From a virus: 64,000 bases of DNA. The DNA is taken from the IMG/VR virus record IMGVR_UViG_3300045988_176028; one strand, written 5' to 3'. Of this stretch, positions 8,919 to 17,097 are shown one piece after another (the first letter of the stretch is position 1; the number at the start of each line of letters is the position of its first letter). The translations under genes and the position numbers were made by a program. The notes below the pieces were generated by a model. The model did not search any database. It had not been told where the DNA came from and saw nothing but the letters and a program-made list of their open reading frames with translations.

Positions 8919-9119
8919 CTATCGATTCATGCTCAATCGAATCTTGACCGCGACGACCAGCAACGCGACTATGAGGGCGCAGACCGACACGACGCCGAAC
9001 GTGCGGCCAAACGTGAACAGCCAAGTGCCGAACGAGTAGATGCCGAACGCGACTGCGGTGGTCACTCCACAGAACGCGATGGTGACGAGCGTCATGAGCA
9101 GAACATCCTTGATATGCAT
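8919..9119 (-). CDS. small two-TM membrane protein, 66 aa
   Basis: Trimmed to the ATG at 9119 (MHIKDVLLMTLVTIAF...), RBS AAAGGAG. Two hydrophobic helices. Confidence 0.5.
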   Translation of the reverse strand: MHIKDVLLMTLVTIAFCGVTTAVAFGIYSFGTWLFTFGRTFGVVSVCALIVALLVVAVKIRLSMNR

Positions 9120-9159
9120 TTTTCTCCTTTTGGTGACGGGTTTTGCGAACCCTTGTTTG

Positions 9160-9178
9160 TGTGAACAATTCCAGTATA
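9160..9178 (-). promoter_or_regulatory. conserved promoter/leader box copy
   Basis: Coding-strand text is tatactggaattgttcaca. Confidence 0.6.
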
Positions 9179-9252
9179 CATCATGGTGGGATACGACACG
9201 CCAAACAAAAAGCGCCCCACCCATCCAAGGGAGAGGCGCTAAAACCCGACGG

Positions 9253-9630
9253 TCAGAACTCATACTCGCAATCGGAATCGAGATACCATTTGTCGCCGTA
9301 ACCCCAAAGAACACGACGGATGGTCGCAGGGTCGTTCAGCTCCACGAACTTGGACGCCAATTCATCCACCGGCATGGCGGAAAAAGCCTTATCCACGGAA
9401 CCGTAGAATCTATCCCATTCCGCCTGTTCGGCGTCGGAATCGACAAGCTCATGGAACCGTTCGGCAAGCTTTTTGTCCGGTAGGGTGACTTCCGCAAAAT
9501 TCGTATCCTCTATGTCCAGCCAAGCGTTGAAACACTTGTCGGCCAAGGCTTCGACTGGGATGGTGAGGATGCTGGAATACGTGCCTTTCCACGCGTTCCT
9601 TTTGAAGAAGCTAACGTCTCTTGCCTTCAT
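9253..9630 (-). CDS. acidic hypothetical protein, 125 aa
   Basis: Trimmed to the ATG at 9630 (MKARDVSFFKRN), RBS AGGAGG. Asp/Glu-rich. Confidence 0.55.
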   Translation of the reverse strand: MKARDVSFFKRNAWKGTYSSILTIPVEALADKCFNAWLDIEDTNFAEVTLPDKKLAERFHELVDSDAEQAEWDRFYGSVDKAFSAMPVDELASKFVELNDPATIRRVLWGYGDKWYLDSDCEYEF

Positions 9631-9643
9631 TTTCCCGTTCCTC

Positions 9644-10137
9644 CTATTCTTCCTCGCCGTCCGTCTGACGGAGCGGGACGATACGGTTCCACTGTTCCTC
9701 ATACTCGTCCTCCGCGTCCTTGGAACCATTGTCCAGCAGTTTGTTCAACGTGGCTCGTCCTACGTCGCTGAGACGGCTGATGCTGCGGAGGATGCTCGCC
9801 ACGTCGTCGGCTTCGTATAATTTGTTGCGATTGTCCAAAAGTTCCTGATACTTCGAGTCGGTGAGGTTCCAGAGATAGTCTTCCAGTAGTTTCCAGTCTT
9901 CTTTTTCGGCAGAGGGTACTGGAATCGGCTTGGTGAGCCGCCAATCTTCGAGAATGTCCGCCCAAGGGTCGGTCTTGACATTGTATTCGCCAAGGTCTTC
10001 CTCGTGGGTGAGTTTTTCGATTCGCTGTTCTTCGCCATCCTCGTCCAAGTAGTCTATTGTGAGATATTCACTATCCACTGACAAGGTGGAGAGTTCGCGT
10101 AGTTTGGTGATTTTGAGGTTGGTGATTGTCTTAATCA
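9644..10137 (-). CDS. highly acidic hypothetical protein, 164 aa
   Basis: Trimmed to the ATG at 10137 (MIKTITNLK), RBS AAGGAGG. Very Asp/Glu-rich and ends in DGEEE. Confidence 0.55.
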
Positions 10138-10170
10138 TTTTTGTTCCTCCTTGTTGGAATCTATCTTTTG

Positions 10171-10189
10171 TGTGAACAATCCCAGTATA
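10171..10189 (-). promoter_or_regulatory. conserved promoter/leader box copy
   Basis: Coding-strand text is tatactgggattgttcaca, preceded by TGG. Confidence 0.6.
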
Positions 10190-10250
10190 CCATGTTTGGT
10201 AGAAAAACAAAAACAGCCCACCTCCCAAATCAGGAAGACGGGCTGAAAAG

Positions 10251-11075
10251 TCAGGCATTCAGCAAAGCATGGGACGAAACACCCATTTCAGACAAGCCCA
10301 AACCCACATTGTTCGCGTCGCTCACACCACAAACGAACCCAGCCTTGCTACCACGGGCGGTGGCGACGCGAGCTGCTTCCAGTTCGAGATTGTCGAAATA
10401 GTCGTTGACACGCTGGCTCTTGCGGGCCACAAGCTCACGACCGGAGGGAATGTCCAAGCTCTGCTTGCGAAGCTCCTCGAAACGTTCGCTTAAACGTTCG
10501 TTGAATCCACCGCGATAACCATAGTAGAACTTGGCGCGTGGATAATCACGACGCATGTACTGTTTGCATTCCGTCAGCGTCGGATAGGATTCATGTCCGT
10601 AATGCGTTTCGACGTATTCCTTGTTGTCCTCATAGTACGCTTTGGCGTGCTGGTCAATCATGTCCGCGTAGCTAGTGCGGGCGTGGACTGAGCAGTACAG
10701 GTCGATGCTTTGGAAGAGAATGACTGCGGCGTTCACATCGTCCTCCTCGCCTACGAACATGACGGCACGTTCCTCAATCCTTCCGCCACACCGGCTTTCG
10801 TGAAGGTAGGCGCGGCATTCGTTAGCTTGGGCGATGATGGTCGCAAGGTAGCCTTGCTGATGGTAGATGGTGGTTTTGCTTACGTTCACGCCACGTTCGA
10901 TGATTGGCTTGTTCGTGCGGGTGCGGTCGCGTTTCCAGTCTTCGATACGATATTCGTTGATGAGTTTCTGTGCCCGCTCGAACGCCATTTGCGCCTCATT
11001 GTCACTGGAAGCTTCGTTTTCGGCTATTGCCATAAGGTTGTTGATACGTTCGATGATGGTGTTGATGTCGCTCAT
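10251..11075 (-). CDS. DUF2786-like domain protein, 274 aa
   Basis: N-terminus IERINNLMAIAENEASSDNEAQMAFERAQKLINEY matches the DUF2786 pattern common in plasmid and phage genes (from memory). Confidence 0.6.
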   Translation of the reverse strand: MSDINTIIERINNLMAIAENEASSDNEAQMAFERAQKLINEYRIEDWKRDRTRTNKPIIERGVNVSKTTIYHQQGYLATIIAQANECRAYLHESRCGGRIEERAVMFVGEEDDVNAAVILFQSIDLYCSVHARTSYADMIDQHAKAYYEDNKEYVETHYGHESYPTLTECKQYMRRDYPRAKFYYGYRGGFNERLSERFEELRKQSLDIPSGRELVARKSQRVNDYFDNLELEAARVATARGSKAGFVCGVSDANNVGLGLSEMGVSSHALLNA

Positions 11076-11107
11076 TTTTTACTCCTTGTGTTTCAGACTT
11101 CTTTTTG

Positions 11108-11126
11108 TGTAAACAATTCCAGTATA
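11108..11126 (-). promoter_or_regulatory. conserved promoter/leader box copy
   Basis: Coding-strand text is tatactggaattgtttaca. Confidence 0.55.
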
Positions 11127-11230
11127 CCTGAGTATGAACACAACACGCCCAAAAACACGCAAACAACCCTCAGAAAAACAAAAACGCTCCCCAGTCCAAA
11201 AGGCAAGAAGAACGCTATCCGACAAAAACC

Positions 11231-11572
11231 TCAGGCACCAAGCTTGGAATGGTGCAGAAGCCTACGGATATGGATATTGTGAACGAACCGACTATGACCA
11301 TTAATCCTCTTGGCGAACTCCCCATCGGAATACTCACCATCCGGAATACCATTCAGAACGTTCTCCGGAATGTCTGGAAGGGACTCCGGAAGACGCTCAA
11401 ACATGTAATAGTTGACACCCTCACATCCTTCGACATGCTCGAAAAGCATGAAGTAGGCACCCTCGGGGTCGTCCATGAAACGGCTCAGAACATAGGACTT
11501 GGACTTGTTAGCGTTGGCGAAGATGTTGTAATCCTCGGCACCATATTGGGTGAAATATGTGGACTTGTTCAT
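11231..11572 (-). CDS. hypothetical protein, 113 aa (paralog of 5558..5866)
   Basis: Complete ATG ORF, RBS AAGGAG. Shares the YGAEDYNIF and LFEHVEG blocks with 5558..5866. Confidence 0.6.
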   Translation of the reverse strand: MNKSTYFTQYGAEDYNIFANANKSKSYVLSRFMDDPEGAYFMLFEHVEGCEGVNYYMFERLPESLPDIPENVLNGIPDGEYSDGEFAKRINGHSRFVHNIHIRRLLHHSKLGA

Positions 11573-11604
11573 TTTTTCTCCTTATGTCCTTCAACTTACT
11601 TTTG

Positions 11605-11623
11605 TGTGAACGATTCCAGTATA
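11605..11623 (-). promoter_or_regulatory. conserved promoter/leader box copy
   Basis: Coding-strand text is tatactggaatcgttcaca. Confidence 0.6.
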
Positions 11624-11738
11624 CCTCAAGAGAGGATAAAACACAAAAAGAGAGACGGGAACCAAAACGAAAACTGTTCCTCATTAACTTTTAAAGCATT
11701 ATACTTATTATAATTATTATAAAATCAAGGAGACAGCA

Positions 11739-12896
11739 ATGACCAACCCATTCAAACCAACCGCCGGACGCATACCCCCAATTCTTGTTGGACGAGAAGA
11801 AATCATCGAAGACTTCGACTACGCCCTAAAAGACGGAGTAGGAAGCCCCGGACGACTGATGTTTCTCACCGGAGCCAGAGGAGTCGGCAAAACCGTAATG
11901 CTGGACACATTGGGAACACACGCTCAAAAACAAGGATGGCAAGTCTACAACGAAAGCGCTGACAGCGGTTTTACACAAAGACTCGTGGACTCACTTACCG
12001 GCAAAGATACCACCCGCATATCTGCATACGACATGCCCAGTGTCGGACTGACGGGAAACACCGGAAACCTCGAACTGAGTCTGGGAAGAATCGAACTCGA
12101 ACGCAAAGAGGAACGTTCCTTGACATTGCGCCAAGCAGTCGGCAAGCGTCTAGACAAAATGAACGAAAACAGGCAAGGAATCCTCATCACCTTGGACGAA
12201 GTGCAATCCGGTTCCATGGATGAAATCAGAGCAATGTCTACCGCCGTGCAACATCTCATACGAGAGGGACGGAATATAGCTTTTATTTTCGCAGGACTAC
12301 CCTCAGCCGTAAACGACGTGCTGTCAGACAACGCCATCACATTCCTCCAACGGGCAGAACGATACCATTTAGGTTCCGTGCCCACGGAGAAGGTTCTGAA
12401 AGCATTCGAGGAATCGTTCAGCGGGGAAAAGAAAGCCGGAATGGAAACCTTGATACGGTTGACCAATGCCACTCATGGTTATCCGTTCATGATTCAGCTG
12501 GTGGGTTATTGGGCTTGGAGGGTTTCCGAAACCAACGGCCATGTGAATCAAGTGACCGAGGAGGACGCGGTCAAGGGTATCGAAAAAGCCCAAGCCAAAC
12601 TAGGGGATATGGTTCACGCCCCAGCATTGCATGGCTTGCCATCCCATGCGGTGAACTATCTGCTTGCCATGTCGGTGGATGATACGGTGTCGAATACAGG
12701 TGAAATCGCCCGTCGGTTGAACCGTTCGCCACAGTTCGCCAACGTGTATAGAACCAAGCTGATTGAGAACGATTTGATTGAGCCGGTCGGTTACGGTGAA
12801 GTCGCTTTCAAAATGCCGTATTTGCGGGATTACTTGCGTGAGCATGGGGCTTATTTGCAGATGCGGGAGAATATCAGCGAACGCTCGGAGAACTAG
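11739..12896 (+). CDS. P-loop ATPase with C-terminal winged-helix-like region (AAA/ORC-like, archaeal-ATPase type)
   Basis: Walker A LTGARGVGKTVML and Walker B-like GILITLDEVQ. C-terminal NTGEIARRLNRSPQFANVYRTKLIENDLIE looks like a wHTH. RBS AAGGAG. The upstream 60 nt is very AT-rich. Confidence 0.7.
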   Translation: MTNPFKPTAGRIPPILVGREEIIEDFDYALKDGVGSPGRLMFLTGARGVGKTVMLDTLGTHAQKQGWQVYNESADSGFTQRLVDSLTGKDTTRISAYDMPSVGLTGNTGNLELSLGRIELERKEERSLTLRQAVGKRLDKMNENRQGILITLDEVQSGSMDEIRAMSTAVQHLIREGRNIAFIFAGLPSAVNDVLSDNAITFLQRAERYHLGSVPTEKVLKAFEESFSGEKKAGMETLIRLTNATHGYPFMIQLVGYWAWRVSETNGHVNQVTEEDAVKGIEKAQAKLGDMVHAPALHGLPSHAVNYLLAMSVDDTVSNTGEIARRLNRSPQFANVYRTKLIENDLIEPVGYGEVAFKMPYLRDYLREHGAYLQMRENISERSEN

Positions 12897-12969
12897 GTTT
12901 TGTTGTTCTGGGCGGTTTAGCATGGACAAGCTGGAAGAATTCAAGCTTGCCACCATTTGACATTTACCA

Positions 12970-13003
12970 GAAAGCCCCTCAACTAAGGGGGCTTTCCTCT
13001 TTT
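12970..13003 (+). terminator. rho-independent terminator
   Basis: Stem gaaagcccc pairs with ggggctttc, followed by ctcttttg. Lies between the convergent genes ending at 12896 and 13005. Confidence 0.65.
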
Positions 13004-13004
13004 G

Positions 13005-14012
13005 CTATCCCTTGTGCGTTTTCTCATACCATTCCACGAATCCCAGCATGGCTTGCTGGAATGATGGTTTGAATTCGCCGTTTACGGGAATGTTTCTGTT
13101 GAGTGGCGTGGTCTTATAGTTTTCCGGTAAGGGTGTGGCGCACCATTCGGGTGGTATCCGGTCGGTGAATGGTTCCTCGCAATCGTCGCTGAACATGAGT
13201 CCTACGGGCTTGCCGTTGAGGAGGATTGTTGCGTGGGGGCTGATTTGTCCTTTCGCCAACCGGTATTCGCCTTTTGTCGTGTGTATTGGATAGTGGAAGG
13301 TTTCAGGTAGTCCTCCCCGCCGGTATTCGTCGCGTAATAGTCGAATCGGATTATAGTAGCGTTCCAATGCGGGGTATGCCCATTCGCATCCGCTCCAACA
13401 GTCGCGTACCCTGTCCATTCCGTCCCAGTTTTCTTTCGGATTGGGTTGGATGCTGAGTTTGCGGTATCGGTCGGTTTGGCACCAGCGGGTGGGATTGTTC
13501 AGGGCATAGTTTGGCGTGGTTTGTTCGGCTAACCGTATGAGAGTGCTGAGGGTGCATGAAGCATAATGTTGCTTGTCGTATCGTGCGACAAGCCGATACG
13601 GGTCGGCATCATCCTTGTTAAACACAGGCTTCAACACGCGTAAATGTTCCTCCGTTACGGGAATATCAAGGTCGGCTGGTAAACCCAACACTTCCATCCA
13701 ACCTCCAAGCCTGTTCGTATCCCACTTGTAATCCTTGCAGTATTGCGCTTGCAACAGCCAAACCATCCAACGGCGCACATTCCGCATCAGTACGGGATGG
13801 GACGCGAATTCGAGAGGACGCCCCAGCATGTCATGATTCACATTATCCGGCGTGGTAATACTGGTTCGATTACCGTACTCGTCCACTGCCGTCACGACGA
13901 TATTGTGTCCGGCGTCCACAGCCTTGAACATGTCGCTGATGTTGTCTTCCACGAACGTGGGCAGAATGAGACGCGACTGGACTTGACCATTAATCGGCAC
14001 GGAGAGCATCAT
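13005..14012 (-). CDS. hypothetical protein, 335 aa
   Basis: Complete ATG ORF. Its start overlaps the stop of 14009..14620 by 4 nt. Trp/Cys/Pro-rich, no family recognised. Confidence 0.6.
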   Translation of the reverse strand: MMLSVPINGQVQSRLILPTFVEDNISDMFKAVDAGHNIVVTAVDEYGNRTSITTPDNVNHDMLGRPLEFASHPVLMRNVRRWMVWLLQAQYCKDYKWDTNRLGGWMEVLGLPADLDIPVTEEHLRVLKPVFNKDDADPYRLVARYDKQHYASCTLSTLIRLAEQTTPNYALNNPTRWCQTDRYRKLSIQPNPKENWDGMDRVRDCWSGCEWAYPALERYYNPIRLLRDEYRRGGLPETFHYPIHTTKGEYRLAKGQISPHATILLNGKPVGLMFSDDCEEPFTDRIPPEWCATPLPENYKTTPLNRNIPVNGEFKPSFQQAMLGFVEWYEKTHKG

Positions 14013-14620
14013 TCACCATCCTCACTATTAGAGGCGAGTCGGGTTCGGAGTTCCCTCAACCGGCCTAACCGTTCCTCCATAGCCTGAATACGAACGTCAA
14101 CCGCAGTCAACGTGTCACCATCCGGCTCAGACAACTCATACTTGCCGGACGACAGTCGTTCCAGAAAACTGGTTGGAACATCCCATACCAATAATCGGAG
14201 TTTGTCGGGACTGAGATTCAACCCCGTGTACAAGCCGGTTTTAGGCCACATGCCATCCACGAGAGCCACATTCGGCATCATGCGCGGTGGACGGTCGGGC
14301 TGATATTTTTCGACTAGGATTCGACCAGCGAACCAGATAATGTCGCTATCCTGCTTGGAGTACGCGTACAAGTAGTCGTAGGGGTCGATGGTGACTGTGA
14401 CACGCTTTTCAGCGTCCACGCCCTTATGCCACCAGAAGTATTTGTCTAAAGCTTCGAACACCAGCCTTTCCACACGCATATCGAACGTCCAAGTCTTCAA
14501 CTTGTCATCAAACGTTCCACCCAACGCGCGGGAGCGACGGGCGAACAACGGATTATATGGAGCCTTAACCTTCAAACGGCCATCACTGCGAGTGACCGTA
14601 ATATCATCAAAACCTGCCAT
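14009..14620 (-). CDS. hypothetical protein, 203 aa
   Basis: Complete ATG ORF, RBS GAAAGGAA. C-terminal coiled-coil-like IQAMEERLGRLRELRTRL. Confidence 0.6.
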   Translation of the reverse strand: MAGFDDITVTRSDGRLKVKAPYNPLFARRSRALGGTFDDKLKTWTFDMRVERLVFEALDKYFWWHKGVDAEKRVTVTIDPYDYLYAYSKQDSDIIWFAGRILVEKYQPDRPPRMMPNVALVDGMWPKTGLYTGLNLSPDKLRLLVWDVPTSFLERLSSGKYELSEPDGDTLTAVDVRIQAMEERLGRLRELRTRLASNSEDGE

Positions 14621-14889
14621 GACAGTTTCCTTTCACTCAAACGGCATACTCTGACCAATGCGCTGATAACCTCTAAAGCCCCACATGGGCGAAGTCCCGA
14701 GGAAGGAAATGCAAGTAAACCCAGTGTAACACCAAGCTGGGAAGAAAAACTAGCCGACAAGCATGCCGAGTGAAATACGATACAATCCAAGCCTCACGAA
14801 ATCTCATCCAAACGATTGAGGAAGCGGAAGATTCTGCGCCACCGCTTCCAGCAGATTACACCCCTCCACCAATCTGGAAAGTCCGGAAA

Positions 14890-16119
14890 TCACGGGTGAA
14901 AAGCCAGCTTCCGCATTTCACAATGCCTCCGATACCACGCTTTCTCCCGAGCGCACAGTCCACGACGGTGAGTTAGACCCGACAGTGTGCTCTCATGGCT
15001 CGTCCAAGAATCCTGAACTGTCCGCAATCCCACATGCACGCCATCATATGAGCGGATAAGGTTACGCGCATGCCGTCGGCTTGCACGCAACGCCTTATGG
15101 TGCATGCGGATAAGAATACTGCCGTCATCCTGTACGCTGTATACGCGTTTCAGGAATGTGAGTTGACCGGTGCGACAGTCCACTATGCGGGTCTTGCGCT
15201 TGTTCAACCGCAATCCCAATTGATTGACATGCCGCTCGTAACCGGCCAGCACACGTTCGGCCTGTTCACGATTCTTGCAGAAACAGTAGGCATCATCCAT
15301 ATACCGTCCGTAGAATCCTTGCGACATGCACCAGTGGTCAACCTTGTTCAAATACCAGATAGCCATGGTTTGGCTTGTCTGATTGCCTAAACCCAAGTGA
15401 GGTTCGTCCAATACGAAGATTCTCAATACGGTTAGAATCCGTTCCACATCCTGCTTCTCCCGTCCGGTGCGGGCGATGCTCCGGTACAGGGTGGAAATCA
15501 TATCGAACGCTCGTTGGGAGCTGATACTTCCGAAATAGTTGGAACAGTCGAAGATGACAGCATACGGATGCTCCCATTTGCCCAAAGCCCGCTTATAGTG
15601 TAGTTCGAACCGTTTTCGGGCGAACGATGTTCCACGTTTCGGTAGGCTTGCCGCATTATCGTATATCAGTTGGCTTTCCACGATGGGGACGAGACTGTTG
15701 TCGCATAAGGCGCGTTGCACCACCCGGTCTCGGAAGGATACCGCGCTGATGTGGCGGAGTTTGCCTCGTTCGGAAATGTCGAATCGGATTGGCGCTCTCT
15801 TCTTGTATGTGCCGTCCTCTAATTCTTGGGCGAGTTTCCAACAGTTGACGGCACGCCTATTGTCGAAGTTCAACACTGTGTTTTCCCATGTGACGCCGCG
15901 TTTGCATTTTCTTGCGGCTTGGTAGAGCGCGTCGAATCCGAATGTTTGTTGGAAGTCGATGTAACGGTGGAGCTTCCTGTACTTATCATCCGAGCGTTGT
16001 TGCAGTCTGCGTTGGCGTCTTCTACGTCTTTGACTCGCATTCACGATTTTAATGCTTCCTTCACTAGGGAAAGAGAAAAGAATGGTTGAGGGCAGGTCGT
16101 CGGCAACAACCCAAGACAT
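14890..16119 (-). CDS. DGR-type reverse transcriptase
   Basis: RT motifs SFRDRVVQRAL and the YxDD box GRYMDDAY. Also the DGR-typical [ILV]GxxxSQ motif (LGLGNQTSQ). Lies about 195 nt downstream of the TR. The N-terminal ~40 aa (poly-Arg) may be over-extension. Confidence 0.88.
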   Translation of the reverse strand: MSWVVADDLPSTILFSFPSEGSIKIVNASQRRRRRQRRLQQRSDDKYRKLHRYIDFQQTFGFDALYQAARKCKRGVTWENTVLNFDNRRAVNCWKLAQELEDGTYKKRAPIRFDISERGKLRHISAVSFRDRVVQRALCDNSLVPIVESQLIYDNAASLPKRGTSFARKRFELHYKRALGKWEHPYAVIFDCSNYFGSISSQRAFDMISTLYRSIARTGREKQDVERILTVLRIFVLDEPHLGLGNQTSQTMAIWYLNKVDHWCMSQGFYGRYMDDAYCFCKNREQAERVLAGYERHVNQLGLRLNKRKTRIVDCRTGQLTFLKRVYSVQDDGSILIRMHHKALRASRRHARNLIRSYDGVHVGLRTVQDSWTSHESTLSGLTHRRGLCAREKAWYRRHCEMRKLAFHP

Positions 16120-16313
16120 GCAATGATGTTGGACGCCCAGCTTAAGGGGCGAGTATCCGTCGTTCCCGACAGTCTTAATATCTCCCTCAACCTATTTCAC
16201 ACGCAACCCATTTTTCGAGGGGCCGCGCATTCGACCATATCCCCTTCCCCTTCGGGAGGCTTTCACCCATTGGGCTACTGGCCTATCTGATGTTAGTTTT
16301 TGGTAAGAGGAAT
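16120..16313 (-). other. non-coding spacer between TR and RT (possible DGR RNA 3' region)
   Basis: No credible ORF. In characterised DGRs the segment between TR and the RT gene is part of the template/primer RNA. This is inferred from position only. Confidence 0.35.
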
Positions 16314-16467
16314 CGGGGACAACGGAGTAGCGATTGTTGGCATTGTTGTTGTAGCTGGGGTCGCCGTTCGAGTTCACTTGGAGGAAATTGTTGTTGTTGT
16401 TCGGGTTGGGCGAACGCTCCCACCAATTGTTGTTGTTAGCACCAAGAGGAGTGGAACCGGAAACGGT
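16314..16467 (-). repeat. DGR template repeat (TR)
   Basis: 154 nt colinear with 17112..17265 at a constant offset of 798 nt, no indels. Non-coding location. Translates in the VR frame as Asn-rich (ANNNNWWERSPNPNNNNNFLQVNSNGDPSYNNNANNRYSVVP). Confidence 0.9.
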
Positions 16468-16509
16468 GTCACCATAGTTTGGATATGGCCGATTTTGTTC
16501 AATTATATT

Positions 16510-17025
16510 TTAGGCTTGCGCCCGAGTATCCATTATAGTGTTCGTTTTCGACTCGGCGTTTTTAGCTTTCTTCAACTGGTCTCGCTCATACTTGACGGCT
16601 CCGGTGAACACGCCCATCGCCTTGTAGAGGGTTCCCGCATAGTTCACGAATTTCTTCTCCTTGACGACGGGATTGTATCTGGGGTCGCCTTCCGGATATT
16701 TCCTGTAGGCTTCCAAGTCTTTTTCCCGTGGAGGAAACTCCATCCAATCGTCCACAAGACCGGAGAGTGAGTTCAGCATGCCTTGGGCCTTGCACAACAG
16801 TTGCAGTTTCATCTCATGCTCTTCTACAGTGCTTGCATAAATGATGTCGGCACTGTAGGCGGAGGAGTACATTTCGTAGGCGATATGCATGACATGCACG
16901 GTTTCAATGCAGTTACGGCTTTTAGGCCATTTGCGGAACAGATTTCTGGTAGCCAAGAGCACGATTCTGGCCTGATTCGCATATTCGCTTTTGGCTTTTG
17001 TACGTTTGCTTGCGGGAACCGTCAT
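16510..17025 (-). CDS. accessory variability determinant (Avd)-like protein, by position
   Basis: 171-aa basic, apparently helical protein sitting exactly between the target gene and the TR, the canonical Avd slot. No sequence motif verified. Confidence 0.5.
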   Translation of the reverse strand: MTVPASKRTKAKSEYANQARIVLLATRNLFRKWPKSRNCIETVHVMHIAYEMYSSAYSADIIYASTVEEHEMKLQLLCKAQGMLNSLSGLVDDWMEFPPREKDLEAYRKYPEGDPRYNPVVKEKKFVNYAGTLYKAMGVFTGAVKYERDQLKKAKNAESKTNTIMDTRAQA

Positions 17026-17097
17026 AGGACTCCTTTTGTGTGAGATTTGAGTTTGGAGGGGTGGTGGGGATGAACCCCACCACCCAAGGATTGGGGA

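Noticed and set aside
9253-9630. Calling the acidic 125-aa protein an ArdA homologue because of AWLDIED
   Set aside because: The resemblance is a single short motif. The overall length and sequence do not match ArdA as I remember it. It is kept as an acidic hypothetical protein.
433-11713. N-terminal extensions of many track ORFs containing YTGIVHT, YSGIVH or YWNCSHK peptides
   Set aside because: These peptides are the conserved promoter/leader box translated in two frames. In each case a Shine-Dalgarno sequence plus ATG/TTG lies downstream of the box, so the starts were trimmed.
14890-16119. The reverse transcriptase as a group II intron or retron RT
   Set aside because: The adenine-specific TR/VR pair, the LGxxxSQ motif and the target-avd-TR-RT order fit a DGR. 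I see no intron-like flanking structure, maturase/endonuclease extension or msr/msd-like inverted repeats.
16192-16377. 61-aa ORF (MNSNGDPSYNNNANNRYSVVPDSS...) between the Avd-like gene and the RT
   Set aside because: It is simply the template repeat read in the VR frame, hence Asn-rich. It has no RBS and overlaps the TR exactly. TRs are non-coding templates in DGRs.
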